A model generated the notes under the pieces. It made no database searches and was not told where the DNA came from. It saw only the letters and a program-made list of their open reading frames with translations. Shown here piece by piece: positions 10,041 through 21,415 of a DNA stretch of 64,000 bases. The translations under genes were made by a program, and so were the position numbers. This DNA comes from an uncultured Armatimonadetes bacterium. GTDB lineage: Bacteria > Armatimonadota > Hebobacteria > Hebobacterales > Hebobacteraceae. Location: contig OY970296.1 of the NCBI GenBank assembly GCA_963716175.1, forward strand, positions 4,480,001-4,544,000. The letters run 5' to 3'. Numbering within the stretch: position 1 is the first letter of the stretch; each line of letters opens with the position of its first letter.

Positions 10041-11938
10041 GACAGGGGCCGATCATCTCTTCGATACTGGCTATCTCACCGCGGCTCAGCCCGTAAGCAC
10101 GGTAGACTGCGGCGTCAAGCCGCTTTACCAGGGCCGATCGCGCGGCGATATCGGTAGCATCAAGGAGCGCCGCCGCCAGACCGGCCAGCTTCTCTCTTCC
10201 CGCGCCTGGGACAGGCAGCAGCGCCAGCTTGCTGACTTTCACCTGGGCGAAGGCGCGGCCTCCCTCCGGCGCCACCCGCGGTAGAGCGCGGCGAAGGCGC
10301 GCGAGTTCAGCACCGCCAGCAGCGCGAGCAGGTCGTGCTCCGTCTTTCCCGTGATCGCGATCACGCTGCGGCCGAACCAGACTCCCCGCCGGTCGAGGGT
10401 GGCGACCGGCCAATCTGCCGTCTGGCGGAAGAGTATCTTGGGAGTCAGCCGGTACACCGGCTCCCGCACCGATACACGCTCAACCGCTCCGATCCGGCCG
10501 CGCCAGTCATGCCTCAACCAGGCCGAATGGGCGATCTCACTGAAGGGTGCGAAATCGCGCCCGCGCGCCACAGGTATGTCATCGGGATGCTCGCGCGTGC
10601 CCGAGTACAGGAGCGCCCGGCCGATCTCCGCCCGCGGGTAGTTGATCCCCACATCGTGGAACTCGAATCCTGGGCCGGGGGCAGCCAATGGCGCCAGCGC
10701 CGCGGTCAAGCGCGCCAGTAGTTGACGCAGCCAGGCGGACGGCAGCAGGAAGCTGCTGTGCGAAGCTGTGGTAGGGGCATCGCGCGGTGTGGGCGACCCG
10801 GCCTGGGAGAGCGCGGCGTCGAGCCCTGAGCGCGGCACGCGGCGCAGGTCGAGAGTGGGGAAGGATTCCGGGGCGGCTTCCTTTCCCGTCAAGCAGAGCA
10901 GACAGGCAGGCGCCGTCGCTCCCGCGAAGATGCTCTCACCCAGCAGGGCCACCTTCAGTGGCCGGAATCGCTCCAGGAGAGAGCGCCGCATCCCCTGATA
11001 GCGCACCTGCGAAAGCACCGTGTCGGGCAGGACCAGGCCCACCGCGCCGTCATCCCGCGCTGTGTCTGCCGCGAGCTGCAGGAAGAAGAGATAGCTGTCG
11101 CGATGGCCCGACAGTGCCTTGGGCGCGGCCGCCGCCAGCCGCGGGGCTTGCTCCGCCGACAGCTTCACGCCCCAGGGTGGGTTGCCCAGCACGATGTCGA
11201 AGCTGCGCGGAGGAGGTGGCGCCGAGAGCGCATCTTGCACCGAGAGATGATCGGCCGGGACCCTTGCCGGCCGGCCCGGCCGCGACCCCGCGAGCCAGAG
11301 CGCCATCCGGCTGGCCTCGGCCGCAACTGGGTTCAACTCGAGGCCGAAGATGCAGTCCCGGAGCGCGACGCGACGGACGTCGTTCTCCTCCTCCCCTCCC
11401 CCATCGCGCCGGCAATCGCCTCCATCGCGGCCACCGCGAAGGCGCCGGCGCCCATCGCGGGATCGAGGAGCCTGAAAGAGAGGACCTGAGGCGCGCCCGC
11501 GCCCCGCCCGATGAGCGTGCCCCGCACCACCGTCTCGGCGATCTCGTCCGCGATCCAGGCCGGGGTGTAATAGCTGCCGCTGGCGCGCCGGCCCGGCTGC
11601 AGCAACAGCTCGCAGAAGCGGCCCAGGCGCTCGGCCGCAGCGCGCGGCGCAGCTTCTCCTGCGACCGGCTCCACCGAGGCGCGGGCGGCCTGGCAGCTCG
11701 CCTCTGCCTCCGTAGGCGGCCAGGCCAGGCCCTCCAGTCCCAGGCTCGCCTGAGCTTCGAGGAAGGCCTGCCGCACATCGTTGACGGATTGGCGCATGTC
11801 GGCGCTGGTGCCGGAAGCGGCCCGCACCGGGTCGGCCAGGGAGGGCGGCAGCAGGTCGAGGGCAAGCGCCTCCAGGAGAAAGCGGAGCCGCAGCGCGAGC
11901 GCGGCTGATTCCGGGTCGAGTGCCGGGGCGCCGCTCAC
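9976..11938 (-). CDS. N6-adenine DNA methyltransferase with TaqI-like C-terminal specificity domain; frameshifts near 11395 and 10278
   Basis: GSYYTP, LLDPAMGAGAF, IFGLELNP, FDIVLGNPPW, PKILFRQT, LNS pieced from three ORFs; GTG start overlaps the rfbB stop. Confidence 0.8.
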
Positions 11939-12936
11939 CGCTGCTCGTACTGGCGGCGGTAGAACTCGCGGTAGAGCTCGCCCGACTTGATCGGCTCCCA
12001 CCACTGGCGATTCTCCACGTACCACCGGGCGGTGGCACGCAGCGCCTGCCCCGCGTCGTAGCGCGGCTCCCAGCCCAGAGCTCCTAGCTTGCGCGAGTTC
12101 ACCGCATAGCGCCGGTCGTGGCCCGGCCGGTCCTTCACGTGCTGGATCAGGGACTCCGGCTTGCCCAACTCGGCGAGCAGCAGCCGCGCCATCTCGATGT
12201 TGGGCATCTCGTTGCCCGCGCCGATGTTGTAGACCTGCCCCGGCTCGCCCTTTTCCAGCGCGAGCAGGATACCCCGACAATGGTCCTCCACGTGCGTGTA
12301 GTCACGCACCTGGAGGCCGTCGCCGTAGAGAGGCAAGGGCTTGTTCTCAAGGGCATTGCTGACGAAGAGCGGGACCACCTTCTCCGGGTACTGGTAAGGG
12401 CCGATGTTATTGGCGCCGCGGGTGATCACCACACTGGTCTGATAGGTCGTCCAGTAAGACAGCGCGAGCAGATCAGCGCCTGATTTGCTGGCGGCATAGG
12501 GGCTGCTTGGCCGCAAGGGCCAGCTCTCCTCGGCCTCGCCCTCGGCGATGCTCCCGTAGACTTCATCGGTGCTCACCTGGAGCAGCCGGCCCGCTTTGCC
12601 CTGCCGGACTGCCTCCAGCAGCACGAAGGTGCCGATGACATCAGTGCGCAGGAAGGCCACAGGATCCATGATGGAGCGGTCCACATGGGTCTCGGCGGCG
12701 AAGTTGACGATGGCGTCGGCTCCCTCCGCGGCCGCGGCCACTGCCTCCTCATCGCAGATATCACCTTTGACGAACCGATAGCGGGGATGATCTGCTACGT
12801 CCTTCAGGTTGGCCAGGTTCCCGGCGTAGGTGAGCCTATCGAGGTTCGCGACATGCCAGTCCGGGCGCTCGGCCAGCACCAGGTGGATGAAGTTGCTCCC
12901 GATGAACCCTGCCCCACCCGTCACCAGCAGCTTCAT
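11935..12936 (-). CDS. rfbB: dTDP-glucose 4,6-dehydratase
   Basis: LVTGGAGFIGSNF, AAETHVDRSI, STDEVYG, PYAASK, DRPGHDRRY. Confidence 0.96.
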   Translation of the reverse strand: MKLLVTGGAGFIGSNFIHLVLAERPDWHVANLDRLTYAGNLANLKDVADHPRYRFVKGDICDEEAVAAAAEGADAIVNFAAETHVDRSIMDPVAFLRTDVIGTFVLLEAVRQGKAGRLLQVSTDEVYGSIAEGEAEESWPLRPSSPYAASKSGADLLALSYWTTYQTSVVITRGANNIGPYQYPEKVVPLFVSNALENKPLPLYGDGLQVRDYTHVEDHCRGILLALEKGEPGQVYNIGAGNEMPNIEMARLLLAELGKPESLIQHVKDRPGHDRRYAVNSRKLGALGWEPRYDAGQALRATARWYVENRQWWEPIKSGELYREFYRRQYEQR

Positions 12937-13763
12937 GCTCCCCTCCTCCCGGCCTCCAGTCGCCGCGCTGCCAGCACCCGGTCCGCGGGTGCGTCGAAAC
13001 CTGAGCCCTCCATCTCCAGGAACTGCTGCACCGCCCGCCAGCCCAGGTAGACCCCGGCACGCGAGGGCCAGTCTCCCCGCGCCCCGCGCCCGTAGATGAC
13101 TCGGGCTGCGAGCGCCTCGTCCTCTGACTCCAGAGCGGATTCGATAGCGCGCCACAATTGCCCTTCGTACTGGCGCAGGGCGGCGACCTGTCCGGCGCGC
13201 ATTAGCAGGTGCTCGTGCGCGGGGCGCTCCGGGAAGGCGCGGGTTGAGAACTCCACCGCGAACCCCTCGTCCACGAGCCGGTCGGCCAGGTTGCGAGCGC
13301 TCGAGAGCGCGCGGCGATAGCAGTGGCCATACTCATGGGCGAGCAGGATCGGCACCAAGCGAAGGCTGCCCAATCGCTCCATCCCGATGCCGATCGCCCA
13401 TCGTCCCTCCACCTGGAAGGCGAAGCCGTCAGGGCTGAAGAAGCCAACCAGATAGTAGGCCTCGGGTTCGGGCGAAAGCGGCGCTGCGGCCTGGCAGCGC
13501 GCCATCGCCTCCCTCGCCAGCTCGCTCGGATCGGCCTCTCGCACCACATCGCGCAGCAGACCGTAGTCCTGCGGCCGCACCCGGCGCACGCGCTCCTGCC
13601 ACACCGCCCTCGGGCGCCCCATGCACTGCTCCCACCAGGCCTCCAGTGCGGCGCGGTGCGGGTTCAGGTAAAGCTCCTGATAGGCCTCCCAGGGATCGGC
13701 CGGACCGGCCGCGAGGGCATCGAGGAAGCGCAGGAAATCCAGGTATAGCAGGTGCGCGCTCAT
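12933..13763 (-). CDS. DUF2268-like Zn-dependent protease
   Basis: LAHEYGH, downstream EG.A and GVYLGW; overlaps hflX stop and rfbB start. Confidence 0.75.
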   Translation of the reverse strand: MSAHLLYLDFLRFLDALAAGPADPWEAYQELYLNPHRAALEAWWEQCMGRPRAVWQERVRRVRPQDYGLLRDVVREADPSELAREAMARCQAAAPLSPEPEAYYLVGFFSPDGFAFQVEGRWAIGIGMERLGSLRLVPILLAHEYGHCYRRALSSARNLADRLVDEGFAVEFSTRAFPERPAHEHLLMRAGQVAALRQYEGQLWRAIESALESEDEALAARVIYGRGARGDWPSRAGVYLGWRAVQQFLEMEGSGFDAPADRVLAARRLEAGRRGA

Positions 13764-15043
13764 CGCCATTCGGCCGGCGCAGGTTCGGCCACGCCGGCCG
13801 CCCGGCGGAGGCGCTGCGCCAGATCCTGCGGCACCCGGGCCTGGAGCGCAATGCCCTCCGGCGTGAACTCCTCAGATAGGACTCGCCCCCGCGCGTGGAC
13901 CTGTGACAGCAGGTCCTGCGCACTGAACGGAACCACCACCGCCACCGGCACCAGCGCTTGCTCCAAGCGCTCGGCAATGAGACGAACCAGGTCGTCCAGG
14001 CCTTCGCCGCCGAGAGCCGAGAGCACCACCCCACACCTCTCCCACGCCGCGCGGGCCTCCAGCCGCGGCCGGTCCATCACCCGGTCGCACTTGTTGAAGG
14101 CCATGATGGTCGGCTTGCCCGCGCTATCCAGCTCGGCGAGCACCCGCTGGGCCGCGATCATCTGCTCCTCCATCTGCGGGTGGCTGGCGTCAACCACGTG
14201 CACCAGCACATCGGCCTCCATCACCTCCTCCAGGGTGGCGTGAAAGGCAGCCACCAGTTGAGGTGGGAGATCGCGGATGAGGCCCACCGTGTCCACCAGC
14301 AGCACCTCCCGCCCACCCGGGAGGACAATGCGGCGGATCGTCGGGTCGAGGGTGGCGAACAGCAGGTCCTCCACGAAGACACCGGCTCCAGACAGAGCAT
14401 TGAGCAAGGTGGATTTTCCGGCATTGGTGTAGCCCACCAGGGCGGCCACCGGCATGCCCGCCCTCTGCCGCTGTCGCCGCTCCAGCGCCCGGCGCTCGCC
14501 GATCTTCTCCACTTGCTTGCGCAGCGTGCTGAGCCGACGGCGAATCTTCCTCCGGTCCGCCACCAGCTTGGTCTCTCCCGGGCCTCTGGTGCCGATGCCA
14601 CCACCGAGGCGAGACAGCGTGGTGCCCTTTCCGGTCAGGCGCGGCAGCAGGTAGTTGAGCTGCGCCAACTCCACCTGGAGCTTGCCCTCTCGGCTGCGCG
14701 CGCGCATGGCGAAGATGTCCAGGATGATGGCGCTGCGGCCCAGCACACCGGCCCCGGTGGCGTCTTCCAGGTTGTGCTCCTGGCCCGGCGTGATCTCCCC
14801 GTCCACCAGCACCAGATCGGCGCGCAGCTCCGCGGCGAGGCCGCGAATCTCGTGCGCCTTGCCCTTGCCCACATAGTAGAGCGGGTCCGGCTTGTCCCGC
14901 TTCTGAGTGACAGTGCCGACCACCTCGCCGCCCACGGTCTGGGCCAGCCGCGCCAGCTCCGCCAGCGAATCCTGCCACTCGGTGCCCGGACCTTGGATCG
15001 CCACCAGCAGCGTGCGCTCTCGCTGTGACTGCTCTATTGACAT
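13760..15043 (-). CDS. hflX: GTPase HflX
   Basis: GGGIGTRGPGETKL, GYTNAGKS, LFATLDPT, DTVG, NKCD. Confidence 0.96.
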   Translation of the reverse strand: MSIEQSQRERTLLVAIQGPGTEWQDSLAELARLAQTVGGEVVGTVTQKRDKPDPLYYVGKGKAHEIRGLAAELRADLVLVDGEITPGQEHNLEDATGAGVLGRSAIILDIFAMRARSREGKLQVELAQLNYLLPRLTGKGTTLSRLGGGIGTRGPGETKLVADRRKIRRRLSTLRKQVEKIGERRALERRQRQRAGMPVAALVGYTNAGKSTLLNALSGAGVFVEDLLFATLDPTIRRIVLPGGREVLLVDTVGLIRDLPPQLVAAFHATLEEVMEADVLVHVVDASHPQMEEQMIAAQRVLAELDSAGKPTIMAFNKCDRVMDRPRLEARAAWERCGVVLSALGGEGLDDLVRLIAERLEQALVPVAVVVPFSAQDLLSQVHARGRVLSEEFTPEGIALQARVPQDLAQRLRRAAGVAEPAPAEWR

Positions 15044-16224
15044 CAGCCTAGCTTCACTTTCTCCTTGATGCGGGCCACCGCTTCCACGATCCTCTCCTCC
15101 GGCCGGCCCCCTTGCACGGTGAGCGAGAACCGCACATAGCCCTCGCCGTGCTCCCCATAGGCGCTGCCCGGGGTGACCAGCACTCCCGCCTCCCGCAACA
15201 GCGTCTCGGCGAGAGCGGCGGAGCTATAGCCCCTGGGCACAGGCGCCCACACGTAGCAGGTCGCCTTGGGCTTGGGGATCCGCCAGCCGATTCGGGCCAG
15301 GCCGTCCACCAGCAGGTCTCGCCTCCTCTGGTAGATGGCGCGGACCTTCTCCGGCCCGTCTTGCGGCCCGGTCAGCGCCGCCACCGCGGCCCGTTGGATC
15401 GCCATGAAGGCCCCCGAATCAACGTTCGACTTCAGTTTCTCGAGGGCGCTCAGCGCCTCGCCGTTACCCACCGCGAACCCGATGCGCCACCCGGTCATGT
15501 TATAGGTCTTCGAGAGGGAATGGATCTCGATCGCCACCTCCTTAGCTCCCTCGACCTGAAGCAGACTCTGCGGCTGGTGGCCGTCATAGTACAGCTCGGA
15601 ATAGGCCATGTCGAGGCAGACCAGCAAGTTGCGCCCGGCCGCGAACTCGACCAGCCTCCGGTAGAAGTCTACCCCGGCCACCGCCCCGGTGGGCATGTTG
15701 GGGTAGCAGAGGTAGATCAGCCGGGCGCGCCCAAGCGCCTGCGGCGGGATCGCCTGCAGGTCGGGCAGATAGCCGTCGGCTTGGGGGAGGGGCATGAAGT
15801 GCAGCTCCCCGCCGGCGAACATGGAAGCCACCTTGTAGACCGGGTAACCAGGATCCGGAATCAGGGCGACATCGCCGGGATTCAGCACCGTCCAGGCGAG
15901 ATGCGCGATCCCCTCCTTGGCGCCGATCAGCCGCAGCACCTCCCGGTCCGGGTCGAGAGAGACACCAAAGCGCGCGCGATACCAGGAAGCGACCGCCCGC
16001 CGGAACTCCGGCAGGCCCTTCCCGGTCTCATCGTATTGATGGGTGCTGGGATCGCGGGCGGCCTCGCAGAGCGCGGCGACGATGTGCGAGGGGGTAGGCT
16101 GATCGGGATCGCCGATGCCGAAGTCTATCAGGTCGGCGCCCTCCTCTCTCGCCTTTGCCTTTAGCCGCGCCAGCTCCGCGAAGGGATAGGGTGGCGTCCT
16201 CAGCAATCGGTCAGCGACTTGCAT
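15043..16224 (-). CDS. dapL: LL-diaminopimelate aminotransferase
   Basis: GIGDPD, YPNMPTG, SLSKTYNMTGWRIG; adjacent to dapF. Confidence 0.88.
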   Translation of the reverse strand: MQVADRLLRTPPYPFAELARLKAKAREEGADLIDFGIGDPDQPTPSHIVAALCEAARDPSTHQYDETGKGLPEFRRAVASWYRARFGVSLDPDREVLRLIGAKEGIAHLAWTVLNPGDVALIPDPGYPVYKVASMFAGGELHFMPLPQADGYLPDLQAIPPQALGRARLIYLCYPNMPTGAVAGVDFYRRLVEFAAGRNLLVCLDMAYSELYYDGHQPQSLLQVEGAKEVAIEIHSLSKTYNMTGWRIGFAVGNGEALSALEKLKSNVDSGAFMAIQRAAVAALTGPQDGPEKVRAIYQRRRDLLVDGLARIGWRIPKPKATCYVWAPVPRGYSSAALAETLLREAGVLVTPGSAYGEHGEGYVRFSLTVQGGRPEERIVEAVARIKEKVKLG

Positions 16225-16248
16225 TCTCGTTCCTCCCAGAGGATACGT

Positions 16249-17106
<858 letters not shown>

Positions 17107-17280
17107 CTGTCAGGCCTCCCTCAGAAACCCAAACAGCGCCGGTGCGACTTGCTGTCCGCTCCGGCGCTGCTCGCTTCCTTCCGCTGCTTTCCTGTCGGGC
17201 TCAGCCGACCTCCAGATCAGGCGCGCGGCGAGGCGAGGGGGACCGGAGCGGTCCACCCTGGCGCTTGGTGCGCTTCGCCA

Positions 17281-18224
17281 TCAACCTGCGCTCGCCCATG
17301 TCTCTCTCCACCGCTGTGCGATCTGCCCCGCAACCTGCTTGGGGCCGCCGAGCTTCGTCACCTCCACCCACTCGATCCGCCGGTCTACCCGGAACCAGGT
17401 CAGTTGGCGTTTGGCAAACCGCCGGCTGTCCCGCTTCAGCAGCTGCACCGCTTCCTCGAGCGAGCACGCCCCTCGCAGATGCGGGAGGAGCTGCGCATAG
17501 CCCAGGCCCTTCATGGACACGAGTCCTTCGCCGTATCCCCGGCCGGCCAGCCGCCGGACTTCCTCGACCAGGCCTCGCGCGACCATCTCGTCCACCCGGA
17601 CTTCGATGCGGCGGTAAAGCTCGGCCCTGGGCAAGAGCAGCCCGAACTCCCTGATGCCGGCATTGTAACGCGCTCTTCGCTCCCGGTCAAGCGATTGCAG
17701 CTCAGAGATGGGCCGGCCGGTCTGTGCTTGCACCTCCAGGGCGCGGATGATGCGCTTGGCATCGCGGGGTGGATGCGCTGGCCGGCCTCGGGGTCAACCT
17801 GCACCAGCCGCGCGTGCAGGGCCGCCAGCCCGTTCACCCGCGCCTCCTCCATCAGCTGGCGGCGCAGCTCCGGGGCGGGCGGGGCCATGGGAAATGCCAA
17901 GCCGTCCACCACTGCCCGCACGTACAGCCCGCTCCCTCCCACCAGTATCGGCAGCCGCCCTCGGCCGCGGATCTGCGCCAGCGCGGCCTGCGCCCGCGCC
18001 TGGTAATCGGCGACCGAGAAGGGCTGGTCCGGGTCCACAATGTCAATCAAGTGGTGAGGCACGCGGGCAAGCTGCTCGGCGCTGGGCTTCCCAGTGCCGA
18101 TGTCCATGCCCCGGTAGACCTGCATGGAATCCGCCGAGATGATCTCGCCCCCGAGCGCCTCGGCGAGCAGGATCCCGACCTCGGTCTTGCCAGCGGCGGT
18201 GGGGCCCACGATGGCGAGTAACAT
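17281..18224 (-). CDS. miaA: tRNA dimethylallyltransferase; frameshift near 17770
   Basis: GPTAAGKT, SADSMQVYRGMDIGT, VGGSGLY; C-half GLGY..FAKRQLTWF in a second frame. Confidence 0.92.
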
Positions 18225-18237
18225 TTCGGCTATCGGC

Positions 18238-20066
18238 TCAGCGGTTGAACTTGCGGTCAATCTCGAAGTTCGAGATGGTCATCACGATGGGCCAGCCATG
18301 AGGACAGGTGTAGGGGCGGGCCGTGGCCACCAGCGCGTCGAGCAGTTCGGTGGTCTCCCCATAGCTGAGCGCGTCCCCGGCCTTGATGGCCGAGCGGCAG
18401 GAAAGCGTCACCAGCAGCCGTTCCCGCCGCCGGTCAAGGGATTGACCCCCTGACTCGGCGGCCAGATCCTCGGCCAGGTCCCGGACCAGGGCAGCGGGGT
18501 CCTCCTTCGCCAGCGCTGCCGGCACCGCGCGGACCAGAAAGGCCTCACTGCCGAAGGCCTCCAGCTCGAAGCCGAGGGCCGATAGCTCCTGCGATTGCTC
18601 GGCCACCACCGCCGCCTCCCGGGGGCCGAGCTGAACCGCCACGGGCTCGAGCAGGGCCTGTGCGCTGGGCCGCCCGGACAGGCGCGCCTCTGTGAATCGC
18701 TCGTACAGCACCCGCTCCTGAGCGCGGTGCTGATCCACCAGCAGCAGCCCCTGGGCGCTTTCGGCGAGAATGTAGGTCTGACGGAGTTGGGCGAGAGGAC
18801 GCAGCTCGGGTCGGCCCCCGCTGGCCTGGAAGGCAGGCGATAGCACGCCCGGTGCGGCCAGCGTCCCCGCCCATCCTGCCGGAAGCTCCCCCTGGGCCCC
18901 GCCGCCGAGGGGGCCCGGCCCTCCGGGCGAAGGGGGCGGGGGCCCGGCCATTTGCCTCAGCCCAAGCTGGGCCGCCGCGCCACTCCGGCCGAGCGCCTCC
19001 TGCACCGCCCGCGACACCAGATGGTGAGCCTCCCATTCCCGGCTCAGGCGCACCTCGGCCTTGGTGGGATGCACGTTGACATCCACCGAGCCAGGCTCCA
19101 CCTCCAGCAGCAGCACCGCCGCTGGATAGCGGCCCTCCGGCAACACGCGCCGATAGGCCTCCTCCAGCGCGTGCGTGATCGCGCGATTGCGCACCCACCG
19201 ACGGTTCACGAACAGGAACTGGCGATTGCGGCTGCCCCGGTGCACAGCAGGCGCGGAGATCAGGCCGCTCACCCTCATCCCCGGCAGCGCCAGCTCCACT
19301 GGCAGCATGGCCTCGGCCAGCTCTCGGCCCCAGGCCGCGGCCACCGCCGCCTGCAAGCTGCTCCCACCAGGATACTGGATCACCTCCCTCCCCTCCCGTG
19401 TCAGCCGCAGGGCCACCTCGGGATGCGAGAAGAGGAACCGGGTGACAACGTCGGCGATATGGCCGACCTCGGACTCGTCGCGCTTGAGGAACTTGAGCCG
19501 GGCGGGAGTGTTGTGGAAAAGCTTGGCCACCGCCACCTCTGTGCCAGGTGGCGCCCCCACCTCCTCCAGCTCCACCACCTCGCCTGCCACCGCGACCAGC
19601 CGGGTGCCGGTGGCTAGGCCCGGCTCGGCCGGGCCGCTGGCTAGGCCGGCAGAGCCGGCCGCCATCCCGGCCCTATCGGGCCTAGGGACATCCCGGCCCT
19701 CAGGCCCAGGGACCTGGGCCTGCGCCGGCCTGGTGACAAGACTGAGATGTGAAACCGCGGCGATGCTTGGCAGGGCCTCTCCCCGGAACCCGAAGGTATT
19801 GATCGCGAACAGGTCTTCGGCGACGCGAATCTTGCTGGTGGCGTAGCGCTGCAGGGACAGCACCGCGTCCTCCCGGGTCATGCCCCGGCCATCGTCCGAG
19901 ACGCGGATCAGCCCCCGGCCTCCCTCTCGGATCTCGACCTCCACCCGCCGCGCCCCGCGTCCAGCGCGTTCTCCATCAGCTCTTTCACCACGGAGGCGGG
20001 TCGCTCGATCACCTCCCCCGCGGCGATCTTGCTGGCGACCGATTCGTCGAGGATGATGATGCTCAC
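18238..20066 (-). CDS. mutL: DNA mismatch repair protein MutL; frameshift near 19960
   Basis: [53 protein letters not shown]. Confidence 0.93.
19611..19712. repeat. In-frame cluster of four short palindromic repeats inside mutL
   Basis: 2x TGGCTAGGCC(C)GGC-nnn-GCC(G)GGCCG and 2x CATCCCGGCCCT..GGCCYAGGGA; 102 bp = 34 codons. Confidence 0.7.
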
Positions 20067-20291
20067 AGACGCGGACTTCGCCGAGGCCAGAGAGCGCTCC
20101 TGCCCTCACGGTGACCGGTGGTTGCCGTTCGCGGGTTAGGCGAGCAACAGCACATGGCCAGGCGTTGGCGCGCAAAGCCGACAGGCGCGTTCTCCCGGCC
20201 GCCGAAGGCGGGGCCGATCAATGAAGACGAAACCGCGCTGTGGGAGCCCGGTCCTCCGGGCGACCATCAGAGGCGCTGAGAGGAGAGTGTC

Positions 20292-21251
20292 GTGAAAGCC
20301 ATCAGAGTCCATGAGTTCGGCGAGCCCGAAGTGATGAAGTTGGAGGAGGTCGCCGATCCGGTTCCTGGGCCAGGGCAGGTTCTGGTGCGAGTGCATGCAG
20401 TGGGCGTGAACCCGGTTGACACCTACTTCCGGGCTGGACGCTACGGACAGATTCCGCTGCCGTACACACCAGGCAGCGACGCGGCTGGCGAGGTGGAGAG
20501 CATCGGCGAAGGCGTGACCGGCGTGGCGGTTGGCGACCGAGTCTACATGGGCGGCACGCTCACCGGCGCCTATGCGGAGAAAGCGCGGTGCGAAGTCTCC
20601 CAGGTCCACCCCCTGCCGGGGCAGGTCTCCTTCAGCCAGGGAGCTGCGGTCGGCGTCCCCTACGGCACCGCCTATCGCGCGCTCGTTCAGCGCGCGCTAG
20701 CAACGCCGGGAGATGTGGTGCTGGTGCATGGCGCCAGCGGTGGCGTTGGCACCGCCGCCGTCCAGTTGGCGCGCGCGGCCGGCATGACCGTGATCGGCAC
20801 CGCGGGCACGGAGAAGGGTCGGCGTCTGGTGGCCGAGCAGGGAGCGCACCACGTGCTGGATCACCGGGCCAGCGACCATCTCCAGCAAGTGCTCGCCCTC
20901 ACCAACGGCCGTGGGGTGGACGTGATCCTGGAGATGCTGGCCAACGTCAACCTTGCGGGCGATCTGACCATCCTGGCGCGGCAAGGGCGGGTGGCCGTGA
21001 TCGGCAGCCGGGGGACAGTGGAGATCAACCCTGGCGAGACCATGCAGCGCGAAGCCAATATCGTGGGCGTGTACCTGAACGGGGCCTCAGAGCGGGAAAG
21101 GGCAGGCATCCATGCCGCGCTGGGCGCGGGCCTGCAGGACGGAACGCTCCGCCCAGTCGTCGGCGAGGAACTGCCGCTTGGCGAGGCCGCGCGCGCCCAC
21201 CACGCGGTCATGGAAGAGCCGGCCCATGGCAAGAGAGTGCTGATTCCCTGA
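20292..21251 (+). CDS. NADPH:quinone reductase (zeta-crystallin family)
   Basis: GVNPVD.Y.R.G, PYTPGSD, VHGASGGVG. Confidence 0.92.
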   Translation: MKAIRVHEFGEPEVMKLEEVADPVPGPGQVLVRVHAVGVNPVDTYFRAGRYGQIPLPYTPGSDAAGEVESIGEGVTGVAVGDRVYMGGTLTGAYAEKARCEVSQVHPLPGQVSFSQGAAVGVPYGTAYRALVQRALATPGDVVLVHGASGGVGTAAVQLARAAGMTVIGTAGTEKGRRLVAEQGAHHVLDHRASDHLQQVLALTNGRGVDVILEMLANVNLAGDLTILARQGRVAVIGSRGTVEINPGETMQREANIVGVYLNGASERERAGIHAALGAGLQDGTLRPVVGEELPLGEAARAHHAVMEEPAHGKRVLIP

Positions 21252-21313
21252 GCCCGCCTCCGGAGGGGTTGCCGATCTCCCCTCCGAGCCCAGCCGAGGG
21301 GCCAGGCGCAGCC

Positions 21314-21415
21314 TAATGGCGTTCGCACAAAGAAGTAATGTGCGAACGCCGCTCTGGGCCCGTCTGAGCAGTTGCCTGAGCTTCGCCCCCTTGCTTCTTT
21401 GAGCGAAGCTCAGTA
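21314..21415. repeat. MITE-like twin-hairpin repeat, family A, diverged copy
   Basis: Same length and both hairpins as 26749-26850; overlaps the stop codon of the GGDEF/HD-GYP gene; sits between convergent genes. Confidence 0.8.

Noticed and set aside
17110-17281. hfq or small ORF between miaA and dapF
   Set aside because: Only a 26-aa basic frame; no Sm-fold motif
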